DNA of 50,029 nt, from positions 1 to 50,029 of the IMG/VR virus record IMGVR_UViG_3300016471_000329. The stretch is one strand, 5' to 3'. Positions 37,428 to 46,195 of the stretch are shown here, piece by piece; within the stretch, counting starts at the first letter, position 1; every line of letters begins with the position of its first letter. The stretch comes from a virus. Lineage: Duplodnaviria; Caudoviricetes. A program made the translations under genes and the position numbers. The notes under the pieces are model-generated. The model did no database searches, had not been told where the DNA came from, and was given only the letters and a program-made list of their open reading frames with translations.

Positions 37428-38990
37428 TCAAAACGGACTCCCCTTCTTCGCAGTCGGCGTCTCAAAGGGTGCTTCTTGTTTCGGGAAGCACGGGATACGC
37501 CACACGCGTGTGGTGCGGCCCTTGAGAAACACGGGCAACGGCTCACCGCCTAGATCACGCAGCCGCTGGGCCATCTTCGGTGCGCTCAGGCCCTTGAAGT
37601 TATTGCGCGTGAGGTGATCCTCAAGATCCTTGATGCGGAAGTAAACCTTCTGATCCTCTTCATCCACCCAGGGCCTGCCCATGAGGATTTCATCACGGTC
37701 CATGGCTTGCTGGATGTGCGTGGTGAACTCCTCCAAGAGCGCTGTGAATCGCCCTGTGATGGTGGTGTCTTCGGATGCCTCTTGAATCTGCTCTAGCTCA
37801 ACCATCTCACGCAGTAAGGCGTTGAGCACTTGCTCCCAGTCTTGTTTGCGTAGCGTGGGCGGTAAGAGGTTGATCTTGTCCATGCACGCTTTTTGGAACG
37901 CCGCTTGGTTGTAGAGACTCTCCGTATCGAGCTCAACGCGCCTGCCGTTGATATCCAAGAACCATAATGGAGGCTCACTGTTGTACTTGGAGAGGGCAGA
38001 CATTTGAGGAGCATCAGGGCCATCGGCACCAACGCCAAACTTGCGAGTGCGACAAAGGCCAGCATTACAAAAAGAATTAATCGGCGCATCTTTACACTTG
38101 TACTTGTAATCTTTTTTGGTCAATTGCTTAACGATAACCTGCAACTCGCTCAATCCCAACGGGGGACCAAAGTACTTTTGATTGTGCTCGGCAAGCTTGT
38201 CTTCCCAGTTGTGCGCACCGGTGCGCTTGAGGTAGATGCCGATGTTGAAAAGGCCATTGTTCCTTGTGCCTTCAGGAAAGCCCTGTGAACACAGCGTCTG
38301 TAAGCAGGGCGGACCATCCTTGATGGGCTGCTCAGGCTTGGCAGGGGCCTCGGGTGCAACGAGTTGGTCTTGCACCGCATCGTCATACAAACGATAAAAC
38401 TCTTCAAGCGTAGCCGCCGTGCCATCGCTCTTGATGCCATAGCGCAGCGTTTCATCGCCGCCAAAGTAGGGTAGGTTTAAGAAGTTGCCCGTATCGCCAC
38501 GGTCAACAAGAATCTCGCTTTGTTTGGGGAAGATCTCTCTGCCTGACTCACCCAACAGGGCTGCACAAGCGGTGAGGTATTGACGCATGTCAGCGGCAGG
38601 GATCGGTTCCTTAGTGAATGCAAACACATGCGCGCCGCCTGATTTGCTGCGGCAAACGACAAGGGGCAGGTTCAGCGTCTTGATCTTCTCCACAACGCTG
38701 CGGTGATCAAGGGGATATTGATCAATATCAATACAGCCCCAAATGCAAGAATTATCAGCCCGGATAGGAATAATGCCAAGAGAAGGCTCAACACCTTCCA
38801 GATGCTTTTCCCAGAGCTCATCCACCGGTGGTTGTCTAACCACCACGGCCTTTCCCGCTTGCTTGCCATCTCCCCTCGCCTTCTCAATCCGGTAGGTTCC
38901 GTAGGCGATATCCAATCCCTCAAAGATCGCCTTGAAGCGTTTGATGTCAGTCATTTCTGGCTTTCTCACAACGGGGTACTCCCCGGTCAT
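37428..38990 (-). CDS. DNA primase (AEP-like with PriCT-like domain)
   Basis: WGCIDID, RSKSGGAHVF, GNFLNLPY, PPCL...EGTRNNGLF; no P-loop helicase domain; start may be MTDIKRF (38954). Confidence 0.75.
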   Translation of the reverse strand: MTGEYPVVRKPEMTDIKRFKAIFEGLDIAYGTYRIEKARGDGKQAGKAVVVRQPPVDELWEKHLEGVEPSLGIIPIRADNSCIWGCIDIDQYPLDHRSVVEKIKTLNLPLVVCRSKSGGAHVFAFTKEPIPAADMRQYLTACAALLGESGREIFPKQSEILVDRGDTGNFLNLPYFGGDETLRYGIKSDGTAATLEEFYRLYDDAVQDQLVAPEAPAKPEQPIKDGPPCLQTLCSQGFPEGTRNNGLFNIGIYLKRTGAHNWEDKLAEHNQKYFGPPLGLSELQVIVKQLTKKDYKYKCKDAPINSFCNAGLCRTRKFGVGADGPDAPQMSALSKYNSEPPLWFLDINGRRVELDTESLYNQAAFQKACMDKINLLPPTLRKQDWEQVLNALLREMVELEQIQEASEDTTITGRFTALLEEFTTHIQQAMDRDEILMGRPWVDEEDQKVYFRIKDLEDHLTRNNFKGLSAPKMAQRLRDLGGEPLPVFLKGRTTRVWRIPCFPKQEAPFETPTAKKGSPF

Positions 38991-39010
38991 CCGGCTTTCC
39001 CCCAGGTCAA

Positions 39011-39805
39011 TCAGAACGGGATATTAGCGTCTTGCACTTCTCCGGCCTCGGACTCATGCTTAACTTTCACTTCCCCACGACTTACAGACTCTGCAAACTG
39101 CTTTGCAGGCATGTAAACCGAGGCAATCTGCTCGGCTGGAATCGAGCCAATGCGCTCAACTTCCCAACCGTACCACTTGCCTTTGTCATTACTCTCAGCC
39201 GTGGTCGTCAGCCGATACATTTGGCTGTAGATGGGCGGGGTGTAAGGACCGTTTTTGCCCATCAGTTTGACGGACATCATCATGCTGTTCCACTTCCTGG
39301 ACTTCTTCAGTTGCGTGGACTTCATCACAATGAGTGCAGGGGTCGGGATACCTTCCTCATCCACCATCATCACGTAGTGATTAGCGGTGTTTTCGATGTA
39401 GTTCCCATTGTCCAGATAGTCCTTATTGTCGCCCGGAACGCGATTGGTGCGACTGAGGATATCGGACGTTGCCGGGTAGATCTGCACAGGCGCGCCCGAC
39501 GAACCGCTGCCACGCGGTGCCCACTCAATGTACTGCCGTACGTAGGCGGTCGGAACAACCACGATACCCTTCTTGCCGTCGAAGAGTTCCTTGGTTACTG
39601 TGTTGAAGATCATCCCAGGCATGGCCCCTTCAACAACACCGATCTCATCAGAGTTGTTGGTGAGAGCTTTTAGAAAAGGAAGCGCAAAGTCATCCTTGTT
39701 CATCTGCTCTAGGCCCGCTCCCGCATCGGCTTCAAAAGCATCGGCCAATGCAAGTGCGGTGCCTGTCGTCTTTACTGCTACTGCTGAAACATCTGCTTTT
39801 GCCAT
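39011..39805 (-). CDS. putative single-stranded DNA-binding protein
   Basis: DFALPFLK, YIEW.PR, MKSTQLKKSRKWNSMM, SNDKGKWYGW, acidic tail ending IPF. Confidence 0.7.
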   Translation of the reverse strand: MAKADVSAVAVKTTGTALALADAFEADAGAGLEQMNKDDFALPFLKALTNNSDEIGVVEGAMPGMIFNTVTKELFDGKKGIVVVPTAYVRQYIEWAPRGSGSSGAPVQIYPATSDILSRTNRVPGDNKDYLDNGNYIENTANHYVMMVDEEGIPTPALIVMKSTQLKKSRKWNSMMMSVKLMGKNGPYTPPIYSQMYRLTTTAESNDKGKWYGWEVERIGSIPAEQIASVYMPAKQFAESVSRGEVKVKHESEAGEVQDANIPF

Positions 39806-39841
39806 GATAATGGTCCTTGGTTCGTGATTAATGGTTCGTTA

Positions 39842-40390
39842 CTACGTTGATTTGATGCTGGCCTTGTTGCCGACGTACACACCGAAAAGTTCAGTAGGCA
39901 CTTCGCTTCCCTTGACTAGCATCTCCTTAACCCAAGCCTTGAGGGTTTGGGGTTCTATCTTCTGGCTCTGCTCGGCCATGTAGCCTTGCGTTGACAGTAG
40001 ATCCAGTAGACGAGCGCAAAGCTCATCTTCGCGACGGCCAAAACGCACCGTCACTGTGTTCTTGATGATGTCATCATAGCCACGCTCACGCAGCCAAGCA
40101 AAGGCCTCGGCCTGACGCTCCTTGCTGATGGTGGCGCTGTAAAACTGCTTGACCTCAATCTTACTGCCGTCCTCCATAGCAAAGCTTTTCAAGCCAAGCT
40201 CTGCAAAGGCCTCGGGCAGTGCTTCTTCGGTCAGCTTGCGGTAATTGCTTTGACGCTCGGACAAGGTTGTCTCCAACTCTAAGATTTCTTTTTCCAAGAG
40301 TTTGGCACGCTTGGCGAGTTGGGCAATACCGGCAAGCTTATCGTCACCAATGGTGAGCGCATCGGCATCTTGTTCAAACATATCACTCAT
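39842..40390 (-). CDS. conserved replication-module protein
   Basis: LPE...ELGLKSF..EDG...AFAWLRERGYDDIIKN.V...PQTLKAWVKE; start MSDMFEQ. Confidence 0.7.
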   Translation of the reverse strand: MSDMFEQDADALTIGDDKLAGIAQLAKRAKLLEKEILELETTLSERQSNYRKLTEEALPEAFAELGLKSFAMEDGSKIEVKQFYSATISKERQAEAFAWLRERGYDDIIKNTVTVRFGRREDELCARLLDLLSTQGYMAEQSQKIEPQTLKAWVKEMLVKGSEVPTELFGVYVGNKASIKST

Positions 40391-40715
40391 GGCTTTCTCC
40401 TTTCTGGGGGAACAAATCAACCTGGATGGGAATGTAACGCCTTTCAAGACGATCCCACTTAAGACATTTGTAGCGTCCGTTGTTCTTGGATGCTGCAACG
40501 GCACTTACGATACCGATCGCCGTGGGGTCACCAATGAAAAGCAAGTAATCGTTGTCGGTGAAGTTCTCAAGCTTTCGCTGCACACGAGCAACGGTGGGGG
40601 CAACGCTAAACGCAATTTGCACATTGTTTGGCAGGATCACTTCGATCGCACCAAAATCTAATGCAGACGAGATGTTGTGTTGCCCCGTTTCAGTAACGGC
40701 ATAGACTTTAGCCAA
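40383..40715 (-). CDS. conserved hypothetical protein
   Basis: KVYAV.E...NISSA..FG...DYLL.IGDP...LKWDR...Y; GAAAGGAG SD. Confidence 0.7.
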   Translation of the reverse strand: MAKVYAVTETGQHNISSALDFGAIEVILPNNVQIAFSVAPTVARVQRKLENFTDNDYLLFIGDPTAIGIVSAVAASKNNGRYKCLKWDRLERRYIPIQVDLFPQKGESHE

Positions 40716-40745
40716 CGCCTTTCTCCTTTCTCAAATCGAAAACCG

Positions 40746-40780
40746 AGTGTACACTTCGATTTCAGGACATGCAAGTCCTG
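40746..40780 (-). promoter_or_regulatory. promoter of replication operon in divergent intergenic region
   Basis: TTGCAT-17 bp-TACACT; -10 lies in palindrome AGTGTACACT; CAGGAC/GTCCTG inverted repeat flanks the -35. Confidence 0.65.
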
Positions 40781-40792
40781 CAAGAAAGGAGA

Positions 40793-42250
40793 ATGATGGA
40801 AGAGCAATATTTAGCGAATTACCCGTATCGCAACAAACCCTTCGCACATCAGCAAGCGTACCTTGAGCGGTTCTGGCGCAAGCCTCTTGCAGCGCTCTTT
40901 GCTGACATGGGCACAGGCAAAAGTTATATGTTAATCAATAACTTAGCGATGCTCTATGACAATGGCGAAGTCAACGCTGCGGTGATCGTAGCGCCCAAGG
41001 GCGTCTACAGAAACTGGATCGATATAGAAATCCCAAAGCACATGCCAGCGCACGTGGTTTACCGCGCAGCACTGTGGACGCCTTCACCGCGCAAGGCTGA
41101 GAAGGCTGCACTAGATTCCATTTTTGAAGTCACTGAGGATTTAAAAATTCTCGTGATGAATGTTGAAGCGTTCTCAACGGATAAGGGCAAGCTCTTTGCG
41201 CAGCGCTTTGTCTTGTCGCACACGGTACTGATGGCGGTTGATGAAAGCACGACCATCAAAACGCATACCGCTGCAAGGACCAAGAACATTACAAAGGTTG
41301 GAAGACTTGCTCGCTTTCGCCGGATCATGACTGGATCGCCTGTGACCAAGACGCCGATGGATCTGTTCTCACAGTGCAATTTCCTGTCTGCCGATTGCCT
41401 GGGTACGGATAGTTTTTATGCGTTCCAATCGCGATTTGCCGTGGTAATCGAGCGCCGTGTTGCAACGCACGCTTTTAAGCAGGTCATTGGATATCAGCGG
41501 CTCTCTGAATTGCAAATGATCGTAAGCCGTTTTAGCTTCAGAGTCACCAAAGAAGAGTGCCTTGATTTGCCTGAGAAGCTTTTTGTGCGGCGCGACGTTG
41601 ATCTAACCGATGAGCAGGCGCTTGCCTATAATCAGATGAAAGCCATGGCGCTTGCACAGTTCTCCACAGGCACGGTGTCCACGGTCAACGCGCTCACGCA
41701 ACTGATGCGACTGCACCAGATCGTATGCGGTTTCGTGAAGCTTGATGATGGCACCATACAAGAGTTGCCTAACAACCGCATTCAAGAGCTGCTCAGTGTC
41801 ATCGAGGAGACGGGAGGCAAGGTCATCATTTGGGCGACCTATCGACACAACATCGAGGCCATTCATCTTGCACTGCAAAAAGCGTATGGCATGGATTCGG
41901 TAGGCGTTTATTACGGTGACACGAAGCTTGATGAGCGTCAGCGCGTGATTGAAAAGTTCCAGGATCCAAGCTCCCCGATGCGATTCTTTGTGGGCAACCC
42001 GCAGACAGGCGGCTACGGGATCACACTCACAGCGGCAAGTGTCGTTGTCTATTACAGCAACAGTTTTGATTTAGAAAAACGATTGCAGTCTGAGGATCGT
42101 GCTCACCGGATAGGTCAAGTCAACAAGGTGACTTACGTTGACTTGATATCACCCAAGACGATTGATGAGAAGATCGTCAAAGCCTTGCGCGATAAGATTG
42201 ATATTGCAACCCAAGTCCTTGGCGAGGAACTTAAACAATGGCTCATCTGA
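40793..42250 (+). CDS. SNF2-family (SF2) helicase/ATPase
   Basis: PFAHQ, DMGTGKS, VDES, MTGSP, LHQI, KVIIWA, GGYGITLT, QSEDRAHRIGQ; AAAGGAG SD before ATG 40793. Confidence 0.9.
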   Translation: MMEEQYLANYPYRNKPFAHQQAYLERFWRKPLAALFADMGTGKSYMLINNLAMLYDNGEVNAAVIVAPKGVYRNWIDIEIPKHMPAHVVYRAALWTPSPRKAEKAALDSIFEVTEDLKILVMNVEAFSTDKGKLFAQRFVLSHTVLMAVDESTTIKTHTAARTKNITKVGRLARFRRIMTGSPVTKTPMDLFSQCNFLSADCLGTDSFYAFQSRFAVVIERRVATHAFKQVIGYQRLSELQMIVSRFSFRVTKEECLDLPEKLFVRRDVDLTDEQALAYNQMKAMALAQFSTGTVSTVNALTQLMRLHQIVCGFVKLDDGTIQELPNNRIQELLSVIEETGGKVIIWATYRHNIEAIHLALQKAYGMDSVGVYYGDTKLDERQRVIEKFQDPSSPMRFFVGNPQTGGYGITLTAASVVVYYSNSFDLEKRLQSEDRAHRIGQVNKVTYVDLISPKTIDEKIVKALRDKIDIATQVLGEELKQWLI

Positions 42251-42930
42251 TTCCAATCCGCGAGAAGTATCACTATGAAAAGCTTGCTCGTCATGACGGC
42301 GAAGGCGGTCGCACATATGGTGATCAAAAGTTACCCAGCGTGACCCGCATTCTTGACTCCACTAGGGATAAAGCCAAGATTGACGAGTGGGTGCAGCGGG
42401 TTGGCAAAGAGGAGGCCGAGCGCATCAAGACGACCGCCGCCACGATCGGCACGCACATGCACAGCGTGATTGAGCACATGATTGCGGGGCAGGACTTGCC
42501 TGCTCCTTACACGCAGGAAGCGATCAAGGGCTACGAGATGGGCTATCGCCTGATCAGCGAGCAGTTTGCGCATATCACAGAAGTATGGGGCTCGGAGGTT
42601 ACTCTGTATATTCCGAATCGCTATGCAGGGACCACGGACATGGTGGGCCTGTATAAAGGGAAACCCGCGATCATCGACTTTAAGCAGTCCAATAAACCGA
42701 AGCGTCATGAGTGGATCACGGACTACTTCCACCAGTTGTCCGCCTACGCGCTAGCGCACGACTACCAGTTTGGCACCGAGATTGAGATGGGCGTGGTGAT
42801 GATGGCGATGCAATCCGGTGGTACGCAGGTATTCACGACCACCGGACGGGAGTTCAGCCAATACAAGACAGGCTGGCTTGAGCGGGTAGAGGGGTTCTAC
42901 CGTAACACTGCGTCAAAGGGGAAAAGCTGA
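42238..42930 (+). CDS. PD-(D/E)XK exonuclease (Cas4/lambda-exo-like)
   Basis: LPSVTRIL, GT.MH..IE, E...YAGTTD...IIDFKQ, QLSAYA. Confidence 0.85.
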   Translation: MAHLIPIREKYHYEKLARHDGEGGRTYGDQKLPSVTRILDSTRDKAKIDEWVQRVGKEEAERIKTTAATIGTHMHSVIEHMIAGQDLPAPYTQEAIKGYEMGYRLISEQFAHITEVWGSEVTLYIPNRYAGTTDMVGLYKGKPAIIDFKQSNKPKRHEWITDYFHQLSAYALAHDYQFGTEIEMGVVMMAMQSGGTQVFTTTGREFSQYKTGWLERVEGFYRNTASKGKS

Positions 42931-45900
42931 CGCAGCATGTCACGTGCCTGTGGGTTGGGCTGTCCGCTCGGAGCCTGCGCTTGAGGGCGTCCTGGCTGTT
43001 GAGCCGGGGCGAATGAGCCAAGAAGCCCGCGTGAAGGCGGTGCTGGCGGGAGTTTCCTAAGCATACGCTCCGCTGTGCGCTCGGCAACCGTGGGAGGCGT
43101 AGGAGCAGGCTGCTCTTCTTCCTCAGCGGCGGTCAATCCAGCGTTGATCAAATAGCCGCGCAATTGTTTTGCAAAGCGGATTTTGTCTTGCTCCGAGCGC
43201 CCTTTTTCAAGCAACCTGACCATGAATGCCGGATCACGCGAAGCTTGCTCAAGCAAACCGCGCACGCTCTCATTGGGCATGCGGTCAAACATCTCCCGCA
43301 TCATCTTCGATCCAGCCGAAGCGGCGATCAAGCTTGAGCCTCCCGCTTCTGCTCCCTTACTAGCCATTCCAGCGCCCATTCGAGCACCGACAACGCGAAG
43401 CACAAGATCTTCTGCCGCATCCGAGGTCTCGAGCACGCGATCGAGCACTTGTTTGTTTTGCATGACGGCTTCAATGCGCGAGAGCTCGCCTGTCAACTTT
43501 TTGATGTTGGAAAGCTCTCCGCGATTCATCACGCCACTGTCAACCAGGATGTCAGCCAAGGCTGGCCTGCCTGTTGAAGTCGGAGCAAAGAAGGCGTCGT
43601 TATAGGCCTTGAAGTTAAGTTTCTCACCACCTGCTTTGGCATAGGCATAGTCGTAAATGGCTGACTTCAGCGCATCCACCATGTCCTGGCTTCTTCCGCC
43701 ACCCATGCCGGTGCTTGCTGCTTGAGCCAAGCGCCGCATGCTCAACGCAGGATTCTTGCTGTTGATGGCGTCGGCCACGGCCTCAGAAGGATTCTCACCA
43801 AGAAACTTGGCAAAAGCGACCTGCTTGTCAATCTTCTTAGATATCGCCGAGTTTTGCTTGGTAATCAGATCCAACGAGTTCTGCGCCCGAAGGCTGTTTT
43901 CCAAGTCATAACGAAGCCCCGGAATACTATTAACCAGCGTTTCGTTTTCGTTCATCCAACGCGACAACCGCGTGGTGTTCAAACGGTTAGTCTGCGGGTC
44001 GATGGATGCCGCTGCTGCCAGACGCGTGGCGCGATCCACAGCATCAGCGGTTGATACTACCCGCTCACCGGATCGATTAACGGCATCTTCAAGGATCCTG
44101 GTCCTTGGATCGTTAGGCCCGAAGTCTGCAACATACTGACTGTGCAGGCGAGGCAGCATATCGACGGCGTCTTGGATCTGCTGTAAACGAGCGTTAACAA
44201 TATCCGAATTGCCGCTAAAGGCCCGTGAGACAAGGACCTCGGGCAGGATGCGCTCGGCCCCAGTCTTACCTACAGCACGCATGTCACCTGCAAAGGTGCG
44301 TGTAAAGCTATCGTTCAGTTCCTTGGAAAAGGCACGCGCTGCATCGTAGGCAGGATTGCGAACCTGCTCCATGTCATCCAGCAGTGCCTCAGAGAACTTG
44401 GAGTAGAAAGCGTAGTTAGCGCGCTCGCCTCTTGCCTCAGCGTCCATGGCCAAACGCAACATGTCGCGACGTGCGTTGACAAGATCGCCCACGTTGATGG
44501 CACCACGGCGAACAAAATCCTTGCCAGCCGCGATAAGTTCTTTTTCTGTATCAACAAGCTGACTTTTCATGCCCGCGTAGGACAGATCCCCTTTCTTGAT
44601 GGTCGAGAACTGGCGCTTGAGAGTTTGATAAGCGTCGAAGAGATCAGGGTTAGCCTCCTGACCAAATTTCATCAGCTGATCTGGCGTCAGGTTTTTGACA
44701 TTCTGTGCTTTAGAAAGTCGTCCGTAAATGTCTTTGACGATCGCCGGAAACTCACGGTTGTAGTACTCAGGTGACATTTCAGAGCGAATGATGTCAAACT
44801 GCTTAGTGAAGCTATTGGCAACAACAGCCTGACCGTCTGTTAAACGTGCAACGGCAGCGCGGATCTGCTCCTTGTCAGCGCCCTGCTTTTGCATAGCCGC
44901 TACGGTTTCATTGACCTGCGCACGGATAGCCTTTGGCACGTCAGACCACAGCATGTGTTCGACTTCGCGGGCGTCTTTGAGCGCGCTATCAACATTGTCA
45001 CGTATAATCTGTCCAATCCTGGCACGATTGGCAGGACTGTCTTTGCTGATTCCCGCAATTGCAATCGCTGACCTTGCATCGGCAGCAGCAAGGCGACCGT
45101 CCAACAGTTGGCGCAAGTAGTCCTCACGTAACCTTGCCGCTTCTTGCAGCATCGTGGGGTCGCCCGACTGGTTAAGCATGTTGATCATGCGGATCACGGC
45201 TTCTTGAGCCTTGCGCCCTTGTTCAGCAACCTTCGGCCCAAACTCATCATTTTGTCGTGCAAGCGACGTTTCAAGCACAGTCAGCGGAAGATCCCCTGTC
45301 TTTTGTGCAGCCGTCATGCCGGGGACAATGCCTGGATCTTTCAAAGCCTGGATCAAACGGGGCAGATAATCGTTGTTGTAAGCATCTGCCCACTTCTCAG
45401 GATCTGCCTGACGCAATTCAGGCTGGAAGTTTTCTTCCAAGATAGCCGCAAGACGATTCGCGGCCCGTGCTTCACGCTGCCCTGCGGAAAACCGGCTCAC
45501 GCCACGCTTAATAAGATCAACAAGAGGCAGGGATGCCGTTGTGATCAGCTTTGATGGATTAAGTAATCCGCCAACAACTTCGCCCGTGATGCGCGGTCCT
45601 GTTTCCCCCGGAAAGGTGGCTTCAGCAACGCCTGCACCAATACCGGACCCAACGGCTGATTGTGTCTCAAGCGCACCATAAAGAATAGGATGCGAACGCG
45701 CAAAAGTGCCAAGCTTCCCCAAGAAATCCAACACGCGAACACCTGTCGTGGCTGGAATGGTGTAACCCAAAGGCAAGTAAGCCAAGCCACCACCCGTGGT
45801 CTTGCCAGCCTCGCGGAAAGGTTTAAGTTCTGGATTGGTCTGCTCTTCGTAGAGCTGCTTGCCGAGCTGTTCACCAAGTTGATTGCCGCCTAACAAGCCT

Positions 45901-46187
45901 GTCAGACCGCCAGCCACGGTGGCTGCGACCGTGGTGTAAGGCTGGCCAAAAGGAATTCTTGTGCCTGCCTGGAAACCCAGACGTGCGCCACCATATAAGC
46001 CGCCTGCCGAAGGCGCTTGTTCCGTGACACCTTGCACAAGGCCCCTGGCATATTCTTTGGCAACATCGATAACGTCTGCTTCAGGCTGCGCAGGAGCAGC
46101 AATACCAGCAAGAGAGTCCTCTTGAGTTGCAGGAGACTCGCCAGCAGGGCGTGCGAGATCTTCAATGCGCAAGGCTTTTTCGGCCAT
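42897..46187 (-). CDS. large helical internal virion/ejection-type protein
   Basis: 1096 aa; Gly/Ala-rich hydrophobic N-terminal segments; last of three large genes typical of podovirus ejection proteins. Confidence 0.55.
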   Translation of the reverse strand: MAEKALRIEDLARPAGESPATQEDSLAGIAAPAQPEADVIDVAKEYARGLVQGVTEQAPSAGGLYGGARLGFQAGTRIPFGQPYTTVAATVAGGLTGLLGGNQLGEQLGKQLYEEQTNPELKPFREAGKTTGGGLAYLPLGYTIPATTGVRVLDFLGKLGTFARSHPILYGALETQSAVGSGIGAGVAEATFPGETGPRITGEVVGGLLNPSKLITTASLPLVDLIKRGVSRFSAGQREARAANRLAAILEENFQPELRQADPEKWADAYNNDYLPRLIQALKDPGIVPGMTAAQKTGDLPLTVLETSLARQNDEFGPKVAEQGRKAQEAVIRMINMLNQSGDPTMLQEAARLREDYLRQLLDGRLAAADARSAIAIAGISKDSPANRARIGQIIRDNVDSALKDAREVEHMLWSDVPKAIRAQVNETVAAMQKQGADKEQIRAAVARLTDGQAVVANSFTKQFDIIRSEMSPEYYNREFPAIVKDIYGRLSKAQNVKNLTPDQLMKFGQEANPDLFDAYQTLKRQFSTIKKGDLSYAGMKSQLVDTEKELIAAGKDFVRRGAINVGDLVNARRDMLRLAMDAEARGERANYAFYSKFSEALLDDMEQVRNPAYDAARAFSKELNDSFTRTFAGDMRAVGKTGAERILPEVLVSRAFSGNSDIVNARLQQIQDAVDMLPRLHSQYVADFGPNDPRTRILEDAVNRSGERVVSTADAVDRATRLAAAASIDPQTNRLNTTRLSRWMNENETLVNSIPGLRYDLENSLRAQNSLDLITKQNSAISKKIDKQVAFAKFLGENPSEAVADAINSKNPALSMRRLAQAASTGMGGGRSQDMVDALKSAIYDYAYAKAGGEKLNFKAYNDAFFAPTSTGRPALADILVDSGVMNRGELSNIKKLTGELSRIEAVMQNKQVLDRVLETSDAAEDLVLRVVGARMGAGMASKGAEAGGSSLIAASAGSKMMREMFDRMPNESVRGLLEQASRDPAFMVRLLEKGRSEQDKIRFAKQLRGYLINAGLTAAEEEEQPAPTPPTVAERTAERMLRKLPPAPPSRGLLGSFAPAQQPGRPQAQAPSGQPNPQARDMLRQLFPFDAVLR

Positions 46188-46195
46188 AACAACCT

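Noticed and set aside
41236-41255. DEST instead of DEAH in the SNF2 Walker B
   Set aside because: DES-type variants are common in phage SNF2-like helicases; other motifs are intact.
42238-42930. Cas4-like nuclease as part of a CRISPR system
   Set aside because: Stand-alone phage PD-(D/E)XK exonuclease next to a helicase; no array or other cas genes.
42897-42930. 34-nt convergent gene overlap
   Set aside because: Ordinary compaction at a strand switch.
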